Below, piece after piece: positions 7,601 to 10,526 of a stretch of DNA of 10,526 nucleotides; position 1 is the first letter of the stretch; every line of letters begins with the position of its first letter. Origin of the DNA: Candidatus Oleincola secundus (lineage in GTDB: Bacteria > Atribacterota > Phoenicimicrobiia > Phoenicimicrobiales > Stramentimicrobiaceae). The stretch is from contig JAGYLS010000064.1 of NCBI GenBank assembly GCA_018400815.1, positions 1 through 10,526 on the forward strand, read 5' to 3'. The translations under genes and the position numbers were made by a program. Below the pieces are notes generated by a model, which saw only the letters and a list, made by a program, of their open reading frames with translations, was not told the DNA's origin and ran no database searches.

Positions 7601-8173
7601 ATGGTAGGAAATTATGATAGTACTAAAAAATTAAGCACCCCTTTGAAAAATAGTCAAATAGTTCAATTAACGGCAGGAGATTTAGTCGAGATTAGTGGGT
7701 ATCTTTATACTGCAAGAGATTCTGCTCATCAAAAGTTTTTTGAACTAATAAAAAAACAGGGAAAGCTACCTATAAAACTTAAAGGGCAAATTTTATTTTA
7801 TGCTGGCCCTACTCCTGCTAAGCCTGGTTATCCATGTGGTTCAATTGGACCTACTTCCAGTTATCGAATGGATCCTTATACACCATTGTTGTTAGAATAT
7901 GGACTTAAGGGTATGATTGGCAAGGGTTCTCGCTCGATAGAGGTTATTGAAAGTATGATAAAGAATAAGGCAGTATACTTTGTTGTAATTGGAGGCACAG
8001 CTGCCTTGATTGCTAAGAATGTAAAACAGTGTGAAGAAATAGAATTTAAGGATCTAACTGGGGAAATAATCTATAAAATATATATGAACAATCTTACAGC
8101 TATAGTAGCAATAGATGCTTATGGAAATAATATATACGATACTGAACCACAAAAGTACAAAAGCAATAAATAA
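7601..8173 (+). CDS. Fe-S hydro-lyase beta subunit (class I fumarate hydratase / tartrate dehydratase family)
   Basis: YTARDSAH, FYAGP, GPTSSYRMD, MIGKG, VAIDAYGN motifs; starts 9 nt after the alpha subunit stop. Confidence 0.95.
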   Translation: MVGNYDSTKKLSTPLKNSQIVQLTAGDLVEISGYLYTARDSAHQKFFELIKKQGKLPIKLKGQILFYAGPTPAKPGYPCGSIGPTSSYRMDPYTPLLLEYGLKGMIGKGSRSIEVIESMIKNKAVYFVVIGGTAALIAKNVKQCEEIEFKDLTGEIIYKIYMNNLTAIVAIDAYGNNIYDTEPQKYKSNK

Positions 8174-8492
8174 ATTTAAAGAATATATCTAGAAATTATT
8201 GGTCAATTATGATTAACAGGTTAATATTTTTAAAAGTAAACAAAAAATTTTTCAGCAAAGAGAAACAATATTATAAAAAAGTGTTAGTTAAATTTTAAAA
8301 GTGAACTAAGTTAAACTTACTATTTTTAACTTTTTGTGTACCTAAAAATTTATCCTTATGCCAGAATTTACTTCAGGCAAATCAGTTTCTTTCTCTGGTG
8401 TAATACGAAGTTGAACTATTTTACGAATAGGTGTATTAAGTTTTTTAAATCTAAATTATTAGTTAATATATTGTGATAAGCATTAACCATTC

Positions 8493-8511
8493 ATTCTGCC
8501 TCAGGCGGAAT
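8493..8511. repeat. Short GC-rich REP-like hairpin
   Basis: ATTCTGCC-TCA-GGCGGAAT: 8-bp stem with one G-U pair and a 3-nt loop in very AT-rich intergenic DNA; single copy in the window. Confidence 0.35.
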
Positions 8512-8756
8512 ATAATTCTTCTACGGACAATAAAAACTCACAAAAAATGATTCTCTTTCTTTTAAGAGAGACTAACAATAATAAAAAGCAGTTAGTACCA
8601 GCAGGAATTATTAATAACTTAATTTTACAGAAAAATTTAGGTTGACTCTGAAGAAAATAAAAATCTTTATATTCAATAAATTATAAATAGTGTATAATGC
8701 AGTCAAAGATTATCCTTCTATGTATTACATATAAAAATAGAAAGGAATTGATTACA

Positions 8757-9626
8757 ATGCCACGGAAAAAGAATAAAAGTTATTGGTTACGGACGTTAGT
8801 TCAACTATTTTTCTTATTTTTAATTATTCTAATTAGCTATAACCACTATAGAGTTGAACAAGGATTGGCTCCGATTTTAGTAGGTTCACCTTCGCTGCAT
8901 GCTATTTGTCCATTTGGAGGAGTAGCTACTGCTTATACCTATTTTACCCAGGGAATATTTGTCAAGAAGATTCATCAATCATCTTTTACACTAATGTGGC
9001 TGGTACTCATTTTAACTCTCTTCTTGGGACCTGTATTTTGTGGCTGGGTTTGCCCATTGGGAACAGTCCAGGAATTTATAGGAAAATGGGGAAAGAGGAT
9101 ATTTCCAAAAAAATACAATCATTATATTCCTGCTAAAACGGATTATTGGCTTAGATATATTCGTTATTTTGTACTTTTGGCAGTAGTAGTTCTAACAGCA
9201 AGAGAATTAACCTTGGTTTTTCTAAACTTTGACCCGTATTTTGCCTTATTTAATTTTTGGTCAGATGAGGTAACTGCATCTGCCCTCATTATACTAATAA
9301 TAGTATTAATATCATCATTATTTATTGAACGTCCCTGGTGTAAATATCTATGCCCGTTAGGAGCACTATTAGGCATATTTAATCTATTTCGTTTGATTCC
9401 TCTAAAAAGAAATGCTGATACCTGTATTAACTGCAAGAAATGTGACCGGGTATGCCCGATGAATATTAAAATTTCAGATAAAACAATTATTCGCAACCAT
9501 CAGTGTATTTCCTGTTTACTCTGTACTGATGAAGTAGCCTGTCCTGTTAAAGATACATTAAATTTTTCATTCTTAAGAAAACAAGGGAAGAAAAAAAATG
9601 AAAAGGCGCAGGAGGAAAACAAATGA
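8757..9626 (+). CDS. Membrane 4Fe-4S binding protein (NapH/MauN/YccM-like polyferredoxin)
   Basis: Several TM segments; HAICPFGG, FCGWVCPLG, WCKYLCPLG and two ferredoxin motifs CINCKKCDRVCP and CISCLLCTDEVACP. Start placed at ATG 8757 after GAAAGGA (8740-8746). Confidence 0.92.
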   Translation: MPRKKNKSYWLRTLVQLFFLFLIILISYNHYRVEQGLAPILVGSPSLHAICPFGGVATAYTYFTQGIFVKKIHQSSFTLMWLVLILTLFLGPVFCGWVCPLGTVQEFIGKWGKRIFPKKYNHYIPAKTDYWLRYIRYFVLLAVVVLTARELTLVFLNFDPYFALFNFWSDEVTASALIILIIVLISSLFIERPWCKYLCPLGALLGIFNLFRLIPLKRNADTCINCKKCDRVCPMNIKISDKTIIRNHQCISCLLCTDEVACPVKDTLNFSFLRKQGKKKNEKAQEENK

Positions 9627-10399
9627 GAATAAACCATATCCACATATTAATAATTTTGATAATTATTATTGGAGGCGGTGTATTAGGAACCAGCCAGGTA
9701 GGATTATTTGATAGCAGCCGTTCAGTCCAACCTGGTAAATTAGATGATAGTGCTGATGTTTATAGTATTGCTGATATAAGGGGGTCCTTCACCATAACAG
9801 AAATTGAGCAATACTATCAGGTTCCTCCAGCGGCAATTATTGAGGCATTTAGTCTTGACAAAGATACATCTCCAGCAAAATTTCAATTAAAGGATTTGAA
9901 GGAAATTTATCAACCGGTTGAAATTGAAGGAGAAATGTATGAAGTAGAAACAGATACAGTCAAGGTATTTGTATCTCTATATTCAGGTATTCCCTATGTT
10001 TCGGAGGAAACGAATCATTTACCCGGACAGGCTGTAGAATATCTTATAAACGAAGATAAATTAACAGAAGAAGAACAGGATTTTTGGACAAATCACACCT
10101 TTGATTTAGCTCCTATCAAACAAGAAGTAACAGATGAGCCTGTTGAAGAAGAAGCTAATTCAGATTACCAGGAATTAGAACCGCAAAAAGAAGAAATCTC
10201 GGATGAACCAGTAACTATTGTAGGAAAAACAACTATTGCTGAGATATTATCAATGGGTATTGATGTTACAACCTTTCAGGAAATAACAGGGTTAGAAGTT
10301 CCAGAGGACAAGAATATTAATATCAGGGATTATGCTGCTTCTTTTGGTATAGATTTTGGCGAGATTAGAGGTAAGCTGGAATCATTTCTTTCTAATTAA
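9623..10399 (+). CDS. Hypothetical acidic protein with N-terminal membrane anchor, partner of the polyferredoxin
   Basis: AGGAGG RBS (9610-9615), ATGA overlap with the upstream gene, one N-terminal hydrophobic helix, then a Glu/Asp-rich Cys-free soluble region. Confidence 0.85.
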   Translation: MRINHIHILIILIIIIGGGVLGTSQVGLFDSSRSVQPGKLDDSADVYSIADIRGSFTITEIEQYYQVPPAAIIEAFSLDKDTSPAKFQLKDLKEIYQPVEIEGEMYEVETDTVKVFVSLYSGIPYVSEETNHLPGQAVEYLINEDKLTEEEQDFWTNHTFDLAPIKQEVTDEPVEEEANSDYQELEPQKEEISDEPVTIVGKTTIAEILSMGIDVTTFQEITGLEVPEDKNINIRDYAASFGIDFGEIRGKLESFLSN

Positions 10400-10475
10400 C
10401 TGATTAAGGGGAAATAGAATATTGTTTCGGTAAAAATTGAAATTGAAAAGTTAAAAAATATTTTAAAAAAATTAG

Positions 10476-10504
10476 TTGACATAAGCTGATAATTTGTTTA
10501 TTAT
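10476..10504 (+). promoter_or_regulatory. Near-consensus sigma70 promoter for a gene beyond the window
   Basis: TTGACA (10476-10481), 17 nt, TATTAT (10499-10504), preceded by A/T tracts resembling an UP element. Confidence 0.65.
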
Positions 10505-10526
10505 TATTTTTAAAATAATATTTTTA

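Noticed and set aside
6725..8173. Assigning fumA/fumB or ttdA/ttdB
   Set aside because: The family is clear, but fumarate, tartrate and mesaconate specificity cannot be told apart by eye.
8376..8420. GGCAAA start suggestive of a c-di-GMP-I riboswitch
   Set aside because: Lacks the GNRA-capped stem, the GCAAA junction and the downstream conserved helix.
8500..8680. Minus-strand stop-to-stop frame of about 58 codons and weak inverted repeats at 8552-8569 and 8571-8596
   Set aside because: No good start or RBS; 6-bp AT-rich arms are expected by chance.
8642..8698. Promoter for the polyferredoxin gene (TTGACT 8642-8647; TATAAT 8693-8698)
   Set aside because: The boxes are too far apart to pair and neither has a well-spaced partner; a promoter is likely nearby but cannot be placed.
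45..8756. ORF-track starts at 45, 1796, 4610 and 8697
   Set aside because: The frame is open upstream of 45; better RBS-associated ATGs exist at 1826, 4628 and 8757.
1271..9136. Alternate-frame + strand ORFs 1271-1453 and 8906-9136
   Set aside because: Nested in real genes; their Cys/Phe richness reflects off-frame reading of T-rich transmembrane codons.
866..9496. Minus-strand ORFs 866-1147, 1777-1974, 1984-2172, 2097-2306, 2245-2430, 3510-3815, 3825-4340, 7132-7332, 9164-9496
   Set aside because: All lie antisense to well-supported genes and show no recognisable motifs; typical shadow ORFs.
1..10526. CRISPR array, tRNA, rRNA or defence genes
   Set aside because: No regularly spaced direct repeats, cloverleaf or rRNA-like sequence, or nuclease/RT motifs seen; the two related hairpins are ~195 nt apart and occur only twice.

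Overview
AT-rich window, apparently from an anaerobic bacterium, with all ten credible CDSs on the + strand. 1-4996 is a probable catabolic operon: a 5'-truncated TRAP 4TM/12TM fusion permease, then the three-gene flavin/Fe-S dehydrogenase module (GlpA/LhgO-like FAD protein with C-terminal BFD [2Fe-2S] domain, NAD(P)/FAD pyridine nucleotide-disulfide oxidoreductase, DUF1667 Cys protein). 5136-5741 is a C_GCAxxG_C_C protein with its own sigma70-like promoter holding a perfect palindrome. 5786-6019 looks like a non-autonomous IS200/IS605-type element with two related, covarying hairpins. 6067-8173 encodes a GntR/FCD regulator and the alpha and beta subunits of a class I fumarate hydratase/tartrate dehydratase-type Fe-S hydro-lyase. 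After a ~580 bp gap, 8757-10399 encodes a membrane polyferredoxin coupled to an acidic membrane-anchored protein. A near-consensus promoter points out of the right edge. Most notable: transporter, dehydrogenase and hydro-lyase all depart from remembered family motifs at substrate-related positions, suggesting an uncharacterised organic-acid catabolic pathway. Family calls rest on motif recognition only; no searches were run.
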